Notes: generated by a model from the letters alone, not told the origin. A DNA stretch of 64,000 bases from Macrostomum lignano (GCA_002269645.1 NIVC01002998.1:62775-126774); one strand, 5' to 3'. Shown: positions 25,618 to 39,587, counted from the stretch's first letter. A program made the numbers and translations.

Positions 25618-28527
25618 ATGGAAGTCTTTGACGTCCTGGCTCAAATTTTAGATATAGGAGAAGGCATCATCGCGACATCCAAGAATGTGGGCAAAGTCGT
25701 GGGGGCCATTGTCGGCGACGTGTCTCAGCTTCGGATGTCGCTGGATAATGAGAAGGCCAACATTGATCGGGTGCTGATGTACGAATTCAGCTCGGCTACA
25801 AGACAAGTCAGTTATGAGGGCAGCCAGACGCAGAGCATGTTTCGCAACCTGGGCCAACGATGGTGTCGAATTTCAGACGAGCTGTCTCGAGCTATTAGCT
25901 TGAAGCGACTCGAAACCTGGAAACTGAATGAATTAAAAGAGCGAATCTCTGATGCCCTGACATTCAGCAGCTCGTGTGAGCAGAGCTACAATGTATTCAA
26001 GGAGCGGCTTAACGAAGCCTTCAACATCGCGCTCAGCCTGTGCGACAGTCTGCAGTCTGGCGCACAAAAAGCAAAGGCTGGGGCCAGGAAAGCGAAGATC
26101 GGTGGCTACGGATCTGCTGGCGTCATGGGTGCCGGAGCTGCTGCCTGTGCTGTTGGCGCCATTTTTACCGGCGGCTTGTCACTGATTGGCACGGCTGTTC
26201 TCGGGGCCGGAGCGGCTGCGGCTGCTGTGGCTGCCAAAAGGTGAGATTAATATGTTAGGCGAGGGTAGGTTAACGTGTAGGTTATAATTAATCCAAATAG
26301 TCGAAAACTATTTACTGGAAATAATGCGCTACGGAAACACTTTTTTCAGAAGTACAAAAAATAAGTTTTTTTGTAGTAGCGCGAATGTTGAGCATTCGAC
26401 TGACAAAGAGACTTATCTAGATGCATGCATTATCTGTCGTATAGATTATCTAGATTATGGACACGACGCACAAAAAGCTGCAGAACTACAATTATGTACC
26501 TTCAGTTCTGAAGGGGATGTGAAAGGGAAGAGTCAAAATGGAGCCTGAAGAGTTGGGTCCCGGTTTCTTTGCGCTAATCTTTTTATTTGTACCCAAATAT
26601 ATATAGATCCCGTTATGCCGAAAACCCTACCGATTTAGCATTTGAGGATCTCCATGAGGATACATTGGATAAATGGGGATTTCATGTGATTGGAAATTTT
26701 TCTGTGTTTTTTTGGGTTTAATATGTTTTCATTTTGTTTTTTTTAGGACCCTCTAGTATGCAGGCATTTATGAAACATTATACTAAAACTTGACGTTAGT
26801 TACATGAGAATGATTCGGAGCAAGCATGTTTCAGAGTTGCTGAAGAATGGTGAACGGTTTAAGCTGTGTTTTTACGCATACCAGTCTCAAATATCTTGAG
26901 GACTTCTTTCAGTGTATTTTTTCGTCAAGAAAGTAGATTAATCCCGAGATTAGGTGATAAGCATATACGAGTGGATAGACATGGAATGAAGCGTGCGTTC
27001 TAAAAAACAGAAATTGCGAAAGCTCAAATTCTTTAAGCTTTTCAAGCAAACTTAAGAGATTAAGAGATTATTCAGCAATTATAACGGGTGTCCCAAAAAA
27101 AGGGTAATACTTTGTGCGCTCACTGTGAGTGAGCAGTTAGGCCTATAGCACAGTAATTTAACAGGTCCACAGTAAACATTTGTAAGTTTTCCCACAAACA
27201 TTTGGTTGCGAAAAATTGCTCCAGAGGCGAGTTATTGAGCACAGAAGTGTACGCTAGCTTTTCTGCCAAGCTTTGCCATACACAGCTGCCATAGACAATC
27301 TTTTGCTTTAAAAAATCTTAAGGAGCATAGACTCTGAGACGGTGTGGTCAAGTACCAGTTTATTTGAAAAATCGTTATTGATTTTTTGAGCTTGTAAGTG
27401 TACGCTAGCTTCTCTGCTAAGCTTTGCAATAGACGGAGGCCATAGACAATCTTTTGCTTTAAAAAAATCTTAAGGAGCATAGACTCTGAGACGGTGTGTG
27501 GTCAAGTACCAGTTTATTTGAAAAATCGTTATTGATTTTTTGAGCTTGTAAGTGTACGCTAGCTTCTCTGATAAGCTTTGCCATAGACGGAGGCCATAGA
27601 CAATCTTTTGCGTAAGAAAAATGACAGAGCATGCCTAGACTCTGAGACTGATCTAACGTTAAAATTTCTTAAATTTCTTAAACGTTAAGATTGTCTATGG
27701 CAGCTGTGTATGGCAAAGCTTGCAGAAAAGCTAGCGTACACTTCTGTGCTCAATAACTCGCCTCTGGAGCAATTTTTCGCAACCAAATGTTTGTGGGAAA
27801 AACTTACAAATGTTTACTGTGGACCTGTTAAATTACTGTGCTATAGGCCTAACTGCTCACTCACAGTGAGCGCACAAAGTGTTACCCTTTTTTTGGGACA
27901 CCCGTTATAATGGGGGGGGGCATAACATAGAAGTATTATCGCTCCTATTCTTCGTACAAACATACAAAGAGCGTTGTTTATCATGGTCATCTCGTCATTT
28001 AAGCATTTGAAGCTCCAAATGAAGGGATTGGCGGAGAGAAACAAAGTTCACATCCCGTTTTTAAACTTTCTGATATTTAAAAAGCTTTTTAGAATCGCTT
28101 TAGTCCAACCAAAGTTATGATAAATTTAATAATATAATTTAGTATTTAGGATGATTTCAAAACTTTTCGTTTAACTTTTGCGCGTAAACTCTCAGATAAA
28201 TAAATTTGGTTGTTGACTATTTGGTGGACTTTCACAAAACAAAAATTCAGTTTTTAACAAAATTTAAGACACGCAGGTCAACTGGAGAATCTCGCCAACG
28301 AGTTTCAACAGCGGCTTAGTAATATCAACGAGTCGATTCGCAACATGGAGTACCTTGATGAACAAGTAGAAGAAGCCCGCCTGCAAGGTCTGAGCGCTTG
28401 CATAGACCTAAATGAGCAGATGGAACGGCTGCAGGTGGAAACAAACCGGCGTACGAAAGCGGAAAATATAAGGCGCAACATTCGGCAACTGCAGTCGCAG
28501 CTGGATTATCTTGACGATTCGGATTAA
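25618..28527 (+). CDS. Helical protein with central Gly/Ala-rich hydrophobic hairpin (ApoL/ClyA-like architecture), 293 aa; exons 25618-26240, 28269-28527
   Basis: Donor AAG|GTGAGA at 26240 is in phase with TTTAAG|A at 28268, joining ..AAKR-HAGQLENLANEFQQR.. to stop 28527. Segment GVMGAGAAACAVGAIFTGGLSLIGTAVLGAGAAAAAV lies between amphipathic helices. Confidence 0.72.
27084..27905. mobile_element. Tc1/mariner-type MITE, 219-bp TIRs, TA TSD, in intron
   Basis: TA|ACGGGTGTCCC...GGGACACCCGT|TA; TIRs 27084-27302 and 27687-27905; interior made of ~140-bp tandem copies overlapping the inner TIR sequence. Confidence 0.92.
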
Positions 28528-30441
28528 AGACGGCTCATAGACACCTGCAAATTGTTTAAAATTTTGTTCAAGCCAACAGAAATGACATCCTCTAATTATG
28601 AAGCTTGTATACAATCAATCAGCTAATGTTCGTTTATTGAAAAAGATTTATCTTTTATAATTTCGAGTGGTGTGTCCTCGCGGGTTAGGGTACTGGTTTA
28701 TGAAGTTATTTTAAGTGGATTTTAACTGGTTTGATGTTTGGTAGGTTGCTGCCACCAGGTTCCTGACTCTATCTAACCCTAGTACATAGATAATTAAAGA
28801 ATAAAAGCAGGAAATCGAAGATTTACTCCAAAGATGTAAAACAGAAAAAAAAGTTATTTAAGCATGCAATAGGTTCACAATATTTAGCCCTTAGTTGGTG
28901 CGTACTTAATTAGGTTTTGACTATCTTTTAGTGCACTGCTATGGCATTGACTTCCTTAACAGCTTTATGCATTCCCTATACTTTATCCCCGGTTTTACCT
29001 CTTACTTTTCTTTATGTTAAAATTGCTTTTGACTGGCTTGGAAAAATGGAAGCATGCGGATTTTATTTCCCTGAGCTTCAACTGCTCGATAATTATAAGA
29101 AAGTCCCAAATTCGCGACTTAACCCACCATTAATATTTCCCTAGCTAAAACTACTGACAGTAGTGTAAACGAATATTCTAACCCGTTCCTAAAATATCCT
29201 CTATTACAATTCTAAATTGCTTAATTTTAATTTTTATAAAAAGTCAAAAGTATAAAATCCCATTCGTACTGCTTGTGACTCTCATATATCGCCTATTGAG
29301 CTACGAGCTAGTAAATATACCTGAATGTTGCCCGAATGTATTTGGCCTACAAAGAGACATCACTTACCTATTTTAAGCTGCTTTGCTCGTAATTGTTTAA
29401 TACTTTTATTGCTCATTTTTACCTTTATAGAATGCGGGTATTGTGGGTGCCAGCTAGATGCCTTCACCCTGTTTTGGGTCTTTCGGTTAAAAGAGATGGA
29501 CAATAAAATAGTTTTTATCATCTCTATAATCTCTCCACCTGAATTAAAAGTTTATTTTTGTCTCAGTTTCAGATTGTTTTTTCTGCACCCAGAGATAAAA
29601 TGCACTGTATATAGGGGACAGCACTTGATAGTTCTGCAGGTAATTGTGAGAAAGAGTTTACAATATATTTGCCTTCTTAACTTTTTCGGACTGCTGTTGC
29701 AAAGGTAAGCCAAGTCGTATTGCGTAAGAAAATTTAGAGTTCGGTATCGCAGTTTTCAAATTTGTACTATTATGAATTCAACAATATAAATAAGCTCGCC
29801 CAGTTAAAATTTACGGTAGAAAAATCTGATTTCCATGAAATTTTGGCCTTGTGAGCAGAAATGCGATTGCAGAGCTACTCAAACTGGTTTTAGTTTTTAG
29901 ACTAGCCATCTGCGCCCCCTTTTGGGGGAGCAAAAAGGAGAGGAATGATAGACTCAAAATTCCGAAACCATTCCCAGCCTTATGCCTGATGAAATTCTAT
30001 TTAGATCTTGACGCTGCATTTTAAAGCACTCACCCCCTGCAGACAATAATGTGGCAGTGCTGGGCAAAAGTAGGGGTTAGGCAATGTTATATGAATAGAA
30101 GGTAGAGCCTTGTTTCTTTTTTGTGCTTCTGTACCCTGCCTGTCTGCACGCCGCCAAAAGCTGACAGTGGGGTGGGCCCTCCACTCCACTGCCCTCCCAT
30201 GCCGATGGGTGGCGCCACGTTCTTACTTCTTTTCCAGAATTTTCTGCTATCCACCCTCTCAATCTGTGAAAGTTCTACTGTTTCCTTTTTTGAAAAGTAG
30301 CCAGGTCGGCGTGGTTGACGTGTTAGTAGTATGTTTCGCGCATGTTGCTTTGCTTACTTGCATTTAACATTTCCCACATATTGCTTACATTTAACTTGCA
30401 TGCAGACACTCTAGCATTAGAGAACTACTCGGCCGCAACCG

Positions 30442-33400
30442 ATGGAGCCGGACTCTTCTAAAGGAGTCGAAGTGCCGAATGATGGCGATCCGATGGTATC
30501 GTTCGAGCCTCAGCCGACGCCGCCGCCACCGCCATCAACGCAGCCTTCGCCGCCAACACAGCCTCCACTGCCAACGCCACCAAATGACGACGACTGCAAA
30601 CGTGAACTACTGCTTCAGCTGACGCAACAGAAGAAATTTGATGACGCAAAGAAGATTATACAAAGTTTAAAGAACACAGCTGCACCTTTACGTCGAGATC
30701 AGCTGCTACGGACAGCTGTTCACTACGCCGCGATGGATCCAAGCGGGTTTGAGCTATTGAAGGATCTCACAGAACTGGTTGGCGCAGGCTGCTTGGCAAC
30801 CCCTGACCGCAATGGAGTGACTCCGTTTCACTTCGCAGCGCAATATCTGCCTGATAATGCCTGGAATACATTTATTAACCCGCTTGTAACGGAAAGCCAT
30901 CTTAAGAAGAGAGATAACGCAGGAAATACTTGCGGACACTATGCAGTCCGCGAACAGCGTGCCAATGATGGAGTAATACTTTCTATAGTCCATAAGTCGG
31001 GGCCGAGATGCCTGGATGTTTCAAATGAGATTAAAGAGACGCCTCTTCAGCTTGCGGTAAAAAACTGCACCTCAAAAACAGTTAAAAAGCTGTTGAAAGA
31101 GCTCAATCCGAGGTGGCTTCAGGAGGCAGATGACGAAGGCAACACAGTAGCACATTACGCGGCCATGAACCCGAGAGGCGCGGTACTTAAAGTTGTAAAA
31201 AAAGTGGGCGATCCCGTTCTTTTTTGGTCTAACAATCACAAAGAAACCGTTTTACAAATAGCGCTTCAGTTCTGCTCGATTCCGAAATCGCACTTGCTTC
31301 TGAAAAAAGCTGTAGCAAAGGCTGCTAAATTGCCAGGGTCGAAAGAGTCGAAAAAACTTCGGCAGCAGGATTCGACTGGAAAGACATGCTTACACAGTAC
31401 AGCGATGCTTAGCGACAGGCAAGAAATTCTGCTTCAGGCAGTAGAGTTAGGGAAGCCACTCGGACCCGAATGTCTAGCCTGGAAGAACCAAGCCGGAAGT
31501 TCAGTGCTGCACGTTGCACTTGAGCATGGCCGCCAGTCCGAACCCGCAAGCACAGAAGTCTTAGTCAAATTGATTTCAAAATCTACAAAAGACGTTCTAG
31601 CAAAGGTTGATGCAAACGGTAATACATGTCTTCACATAGCCGCTAAGAGGAGAGACAATCATCGATTGTTACGTGAGGCTATCCAGAAGTGCGGAAAAGA
31701 TTGCATGTTCTGGCCAAACAAAAGAAATCAATTGGTAATGTTCTTTGCTATTGGAGTTGTCTCTTCCAAAGAACTAGAAGAGGCATTGAAGAATGACATC
31801 CCTTCTGACGATTTCGGCAACACTCTGTTGCATTACCTCCTTCAAGGCTACAGCAGCGAGTCAGTCTGTGTTGGCTTAACCGATTCTGCAATCGAAAAGC
31901 AGTCTACAACTGATATTCTTGAGAAGATCGATATCCTTATTGCTTTTGGCGTGGATCCACTTGAGGAGAATATTGCCGCTCAAAACTTTCTACATTGGGC
32001 TAAGTTGCCGCAAAATTTGCTTAAGAAGCTTTTAACAGATTTTTCCGAATCTCATGGGCTTAAGGCCCTGTACGAAAAGCTAGATTGTGGGTCAAATGGA
32101 CTCCACTTGGTTCACACGTACTCAAGAAAGTACAATTTGGAAGTTTTATTAGAGCCATTATCGAAACTGTCGGATTTAAAAGAAAATAGACTTTTGAGCT
32201 TGGCTGTTTCCAAGGGCGACAACAAGGGTGCCACCTGTTTTCATTTCGCCTGCGAAGGTGGCCAAACAAGCAGTTTTCGATTCTTATTGAAAAAAGGTCC
32301 AAATATTAGCGTCAGCATCAAGACGCTGACAGATTCCGAACTGTCTTGCATTGACTTTGCTATTGATAGAGGTCACCTCGAGCCGGTAATGAAAGTCTAT
32401 ACAGAATTTGAAGCTAAGGCACTTCAGAAAAAAGGAATAGGCTCCAAAGCAGCATCAAATGCCGCAAGAATTACTCTCTTGCGCCTCGTTGATCCGATTA
32501 AGAAGGCCGTCTCGCTGCCGGACCGGGTGGCAGCTCAGAAAGCGCTTGCTTCAATAATCGACCAGCTATCCGACGATTCAACTGCCTGTCGGAAGGGCAG
32601 AAGAGGCCTGCAAATACTAGAAAGGGCGATAACGCTCAACTCAACAAAACTATTTCGCAGCGCTCTAAAGATGAACTTTGTTAACGCCACAACGGAGAGA
32701 CTTTTGCCAGAGTTCTTGCGCTGCCAGCAGCATCGAAATTTAGAGCTAAGCGTGATGAATTGCCTGTGCATGGGTGACAAAATTGGAAGGCACGGCTGGG
32801 TCGATGCTTTTTCTGAGTTGTCTGTCATTGACATTACATGTTCACACTCTGAGCACTACGATGAGATTTTGTTGGACTTGGTACTCACTCGGCAATTTGA
32901 GCTGATTCCGGCCAGCATTAACCTACTCATCAGGCTGGGCCCCGAGATCGACAAGCTACGCTCGCAGGCACGTGGCAAGCACGCTACGCTGCAGGAGTTG
33001 TACAGAAAAGTGCAGGAAATCGCTGTCAATTCTCTTGAAGAGTTGTTCGCTAGCGCTACTCAAAAGCGTCAGCGAGAGCTTCTCTTTGAGTTCCTTCAGG
33101 GTCGAATCGAAAGCGCAGAAGGCGTGTCCGGTCCCAAGTTTCCATTTAGAACTCTAAACAAGAAAATAAGGCATGGCGCCGTAACAGACATGATTGAGGA
33201 AGCTGACTGTAACGAGATTTTTGCGACAGACTGCATCTACAGCTTGGTGCAGCAGGAGTGGAAGACTGGACGAAGGCCCTGCAGGTGTAGCACATGCTCA
33301 GTTTCGAATAGCAAACAAAGTAGTGAAGACTGCTGCTGCAGATGCACCCGCGAGTTCTATTCACCGCGAGCAAAATTCGGGACTTACTGTACCTTTTTCG

Positions 33401-34630
33401 CCTTTCTAATTATATACTTTACATGGTACACGGTTGACTTCAAAAATAGTTTCGCCCACGTTTCAACTGACATTCCTTTGATATTCTATTGGCTATCCTT
33501 CGTTTTCCAAGAAGTTGTCGACTTCCGCAGACGGAGGAAGCGGCGCAGCTATCTCGTATGCGGCCGCCTCTGCAGATGGCCCACTTATTTTGAGGACTTA
33601 CTGAACTTTCTAGAATGGCTCGTAATTGTTTTTTTACTGGTTGGTCTGATTTTGAAATGGATACTGCTTGCTAATTCGCTACCTTTAACTGCAGCATACC
33701 CCTGTCAGATGGTATTTAGCGTCGCTTTCGGCCTGCTAATGTTTCGGGCAGTGCACTTTTTGAGCCTATCAGCCGTCATTGGTCCTGTAATAACGATGCT
33801 ATGGAGTCTAGTATTCAATGACTTGCTGCCATTTCTGGCAATTATCGCCGTCATCATAATCGCTTTCGGAGTGTTTTTCTTCAACCTACTTTTCTCTGTG
33901 ACTGGAGTGAACACCCAGTCAACTTACTACAACAGTCCTTGGTACAGCTGGGACGCCACTGTTGCAGCGATAACTCTACCATTTAACATACTGTTTACAA
34001 ACTTTGAGAAGCTAGAATTTGGGAAGACGTTAACGAATATCACGATTGGAAAATCAGCCCACACGCAAGGAATCGGAGTGTTTGAGAATCTGATGCTGTT
34101 CCTTTTCATGGGGCTGGTGAACATTGTTATGCTGAACCTACTGATCGCGCTCTTCAACCTTCGGGTCAACCGCATGGCTAATGAAGCTCTGGGGATCTGG
34201 CGAAGGACGTACTTCGGCATGCTGAAGGAGTACCAAAACTTGAGTCCGGTTCCGCCACCGCTGTCATTTCTGTGGTACATCTACGATTGCTTTGTGAGAA
34301 AATGCTCTTGCAAAAAATGTAAAAACTCTGCGGGAGTGGCTCCGAAGAAGAAGGTTTGTTTTGTTTTTTTAATGGCGCGGTGACTCAGTAGGCTAATTGA
34401 CAATTGTTTTGTCTCTATTTCAGACCGAAAACTGGTGGCGTGACCCTAAAAAGTATCCCGAGGAGTACATGGATTTTCTGGAGTTCCAAGCTAACCAATT
34501 AAGGCGGTTCCGCGCTTCTCTGCTATCCAATTCCAACTCCAATAGCCGAGATGATCTCATTGATCAATTGAGTCATCGATTGAAAGTACTGGAAGAACAG
34601 ACTCAGGCGGTACATGAGAAGCTGAAGTAA
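30442..34630 (+). CDS. Ankyrin-repeat TRP cation channel, 1372 aa; exons 30442-34353, 34424-34630
   Basis: About 15 ankyrin-like repeats (DxxGNTxxHYA), six hydrophobic TM segments, S6 MLNLLIALFN, TRP helix IWRRTYFGMLKEY, Pro-rich PVPPP, C-terminal coiled coil; in-phase junction AAG|GTTTGT..TTTCAG|ACC. Confidence 0.9.
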
Positions 34631-35440
34631 CCAGCTGGTTAAAACAAATATTCCATTATTTTTTCGTTTATGCAAGGCTCTTTAATGACCAATAATTTTC
34701 ATTCTATAGCATATTTTGAGGAGAACTAAGTCTTCAAAGAAAGCTATTACAGTGTAGGCTTCCAATTAAGAGTTTGCAAAGGTTACAAACAAATCCTGTT
34801 TTGAATTGTTGGCACAAGAAAAGCGACACAAGGAACAAGGAAATATTTCAAAGGCATTGCCAGTGGCGTACGCAGGGGGGGGGGGGGCCGCGGCCCCCCT
34901 TCCTCAATCGCCCGCCAAAAAAATTTGATAGTATTGCTATTCAGGTATTCTTGTTAAAGCAAAATCCATTTACTCAGAAAAACAAAAAATTGCAAGTATT
35001 CTAGTATTCTGTTACTCAAGTGTAATTGAGATTGAAATGGAAAATACGTTATTCATTGCAAAAAACTTTGATAATCCGCTCTTTTGACATCCGGTTTTTT
35101 CACTGTTCGAGCCATTGCTATGGTCAGTTTGAAAATATTTATATTTTAACAAATGTAGGGTATAAATTTGAACAGTAATTTTGTGATTGAAATATTTTTA
35201 TTCGGTTCTGTGGACACTTCAAAGACTTTTTGTTTATGCACAGATTTACGATTTTTATATATTCGAATGTTTATTCTAGAATTTTAGTATCAACGCTCTA
35301 TTTATTGTTCGAGCAAATGCTATAAAATTAATAAGAAAAATTCTTTTAACATGCAAATATCTTTAAATTATACTCGTAGTTTCACCTCTGGACAGTGTCT
35401 CATTAAGACAGTGTCTCTAAGAACATTTTATTCTGCGATA

Positions 35441-35730
35441 TCCCCTGCCACCGATTTCCAGTCACTAATCCCCCTGCCACCGATTTCCAGTCACTGATTC
35501 CCCTGCCACCGATTTCCTGTCACTAATTCCCCTGCCACCGATTTCCTGTCACTAATTCCCCTGCCACCGATTTCCAGTCACTAATTCCCCTGCCACCGAT
35601 TTCATGTCACTAATTCCCCTGCCACCGATTTCCTGTCACTAATTCCCCTGCCACCGATTTCCTGTCACTAATTCCCCTGCCACCGATTTCCTGTCACTAA
35701 TTCCCCTGCTAACAATTTCACGTCACAAAT
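35441..35730. repeat. 29-bp minisatellite (TTCCCCTGCCACCGATTTCCTGTCACTAA)n
   Basis: About 10 tandem units. Confidence 0.93.
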
Positions 35731-35749
35731 TTCATGAGCGCTTCTTGTC

Positions 35750-35966
35750 TGTGGGTGAGCGCCCCTGCCTCTGGGTGGGGGCGCCCCTGTATCTTGGTGG
35801 ACGCCCATATCTCTGGGTGAGCGCCCATATCTCTGGGTGGGCGCCCCTATCTCTGGGTGGGCGCCCCTATCTCTGAGTGGGCACCCCATTCTTTGGGTGG
35901 GCGCCCCTGTATCTTTGTGGGCGCCCCTTTCTCTTGGTGGGCGCCCCTTTCTCTTGGTGGGCGCCC
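35750..35966. repeat. ~20-bp GC-rich minisatellite (TGGGTGGGCGCCCCTATCTC)n
   Basis: About 10 degenerate units adjoining the 29-bp array. Confidence 0.88.
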
Positions 35967-36384
35967 GTGTCTTACAGGCCGATGGACGCTACGCTAAGAA
36001 CAAACAAAAATTGAGCTCCTGTCATTTGTCCAACTTGTTGGTCTATTTTAATTTAGTATTTGGAGATGCGCAATCTTTCTGGCGGCGATTGAACAATGAT
36101 TGCAATGACATTGGTTGAATTCTGCTATGAGTGACAACATGGGTTATACATGTAACAGGCAAATCTATTCCAATTACTAATATTTTACAAGCCTGAAATA
36201 CTACCTAGTAGGACAAAAGCACATCTATTTAGAAATTAGGCCTATCTTAAACTTGGTTTGTATCGAATTATTTGTTTTAATTTTTTTATTAAAATAGACA
36301 ATTTTGTTTTCTTTTTCATCAAATAACCTATTTCTATTGGTAACTGACTGACTCCCATTATTTTCATCAAGTTAAACAACCTAA

Positions 36385-37157
36385 TTAGGCCCTAGCATTG
36401 GTAAACTTGCATAACATTTCCAATAGATCGTCAGTAACGAACATTGAAAAGAAACTTCCGACTCCATTCTCAACGTCGGCGGGAACGTGAACTTCATGAT
36501 TCAGGCCTTCAACACCGAAAAATTCCACATCAGCGCTTTCTCGTGTATCCGTCTCCTCAGTCACGCCTCGCCACTGCATTTCAGCATCATCGCCTTGTTC
36601 TTCAGTCACATCTTCATCCATAGATTCCTCCTCTAAAATCTCGTCCTCGGAGCCGTCGTCAGAATCGCTCGAGACCTCAGCTGGCCCACCACGAAGACCC
36701 ACAAGAGCCTGACGAATAAACTGCATGGCCATATTCGATACAAAAAGCTCTAATTTAAATAACTTATAATGTAACAGCGATACAAAGTAAAGCCTATAAC
36801 TTTACAAACAGGGTATATACACAAATGGAAAGTGTACTAAAATGTTCATACACAAAATAGTATAAAAAGTAACACAGGAAAAATAAATTTAACCGTAATA
36901 AAGAAACACACAAACCAGGCGGTCAATCGGTGGAGCTGTGAATTAAAGAAGATCGAAATCAAACGATTATAAACGCCGTAAAATAATAAGCCGCTCGTAA
37001 AGAAAGAAAGATAGGCAAAGCGAAAAATTCCCGCCTATAGCCGGCACTTAAGGGTGTGCTGCCAAAATTTTTGCGGCCACAAAATATTCTATGGTACGCT
37101 ATGCGTACCATCCGTCACTTGCATGAGTGAGACCCAAATGCATCAGTGTGGAAGAGG
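36385..37157 (-). mobile_element. Truncated piggyBac-like element (5' end plus N-terminal transposase fragment 36385-36732)
   Basis: Acidic N-terminus (SSDSDDGSEDE) then F.G..G..FFSMFVTDDLLEMLCKFTNARA, typical of the start of piggyBac/PGBD transposases. End reads TTAA|CCTCTTCC on the minus strand (TTAA at 37158-37161). No opposite end found. Confidence 0.7.
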
Positions 37158-38993
37158 TTAACCTGTAAATTCTAAATTTGCAGATCGCTCTCGTACTGTA
37201 TGGACTACTAGCAGTAGGCTGCCAGCGTTTTTTGTGTGTTCGTCCTCCAAATCTTACGATTATCAATATTTGACATACATGTAGTTTTGCTTATTAATAA
37301 CATATTTTTAGGTCACATATTGTACTCTCTGAGGGATTACTTGCTCGCATTAAGATATTTTAGTTTTTGGTCTTCATGATGATGAAGTTGCCAATCATTT
37401 TTACAACGGATTTTATAAGTTTTGGCCCAGAAAGTCTCATGTGATTTTTTAATTTAGTTCTTATTATTCTTCGTTGATATGGAATCAAAGATCATTGTTC
37501 TGGTCTCACCAGACAATCACGTCGACCTCCGCGGTAGCTGAAATTATTGATCCAGTCAATAATGAGAAGCAACATTGTTTATATTGACTAAGATCGGTAG
37601 ATGTACTCGAAAAAATATTTGAGTGCAAGATTACAAACTCAATGATAAAAAACAAACATCGTTCAACAAAGTAATTTAAGCAAGACTATTTAATTAAAAA
37701 TTCGATACCTGCTTATTTCATTCAATCATAGTTTGATTTGTTCTTCCAAAAACAATAAAGCCATCGGCCTACGCGAAAGTCCTTCATCGCTAGAGTTATA
37801 TTTCCAGTTCGTGATAATCATTTCCCATGTCCCACGCACTCAAATCCCAGTTCCTATTTAGGACTTACTTATCACAGCTCTATATCGACCAAGTAATTAC
37901 CGGAACTCTAATCCTACTCATTTTTTTCGCACCTATCTTACCATCCTCATCTACTTTCCACTCTTCCTCTCTGTCATTCGCGTGCAGAGTCCCACAGATC
38001 TTCCCTCAGCCCTTAGCAACAGCAATTTTCCACGAATCCTATTCCCGATCATCCGATAGGCCTCCCAGCGTCCTCGCTTAGTGCTGTGCCATGCTTATAT
38101 GGAGTAGTTTTCCATAAAAGTATCTGGCCACTTCAGGCTCTTCCGCGCAGCTCACTTCCCTCATCCTCTCTCTCTCTCTCTCTCTGTTCCTCATTCGCTC
38201 TCCCCTCCTACTTAAGCTACCTTCAGTCTCTGCTTGCGCATGATCCTGCAGCAAAAAAGTGTCTATAAGCCCTTAGGCGCTATTTCTGCTCCCCCCCTCT
38301 TAGCCTTCGTCCTCCGGAATATCCTCCGGTCGGGTCTCCCCATCTCTTCCTCTTGATCGTCCCGGCCCGTCCCCTCTTCACATCGCTCCCAAGCCCTCCA
38401 TTCTTCAATTTTGCGGCCCTAGCCAGCGGCTATAAAGTAAGAAAGCGTCCAACAAACCTAATTTACTGCTGGCCCCGTTCAGGAGAGAGAATTAAAAAAA
38501 GAGCAGCATATACAACGGCTGCAACCGCGTCCTCGGCTCTTTTCCAGCAGAGCGCGGAGCCACCTGGACTTTGGCGAGTAAAAAGCTCCGTCAGAGTGTC
38601 TAGGTGGATCCAGCAACGGTGAAGCTGTAACGTTTTAACCTCCCCCTTCCCCAATTCGACTTTTTACCCCCCCCCCTCCCTGCCTGGCCGGTGGGCCATC
38701 CAGTTGTGTCCCAGCACGGCATCGAAGCTTCTCTATTTGTTCCTTTTCTTCCAGACTGAACGGTTGCACGAAATTTAAACCTTTTTTGATTACTGGATGC
38801 CCCACACAGCCTATATTTAGAGATTGCAACATGCCATGTAGCAGCAGTACGTCTAACCTTCGCTTCGCATGTAAACATTGATATATTCATCGCTAACGTA
38901 CTAAGGTAAGTGTAATCATAATTTTTTCTAATTGCTAATGGGCTAGTTAGGTTATTAAGTACTGTTTCCTAAAAAAATATGTAGATGACAATG

Positions 38994-39513
<520 letters not shown>

Positions 39514-39587
39514 AGTTGACCAAAAGCTATCAGCTATCAGCTAATCGCGTCAACTCACTTCCAGAACGTCAGCCGTGTATTTTGAGC

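Noticed and set aside
34860-34925. CAGTGGCGTACGCAG(G)n transposon-like end
   Set aside because: No matching opposite end or TSD found.
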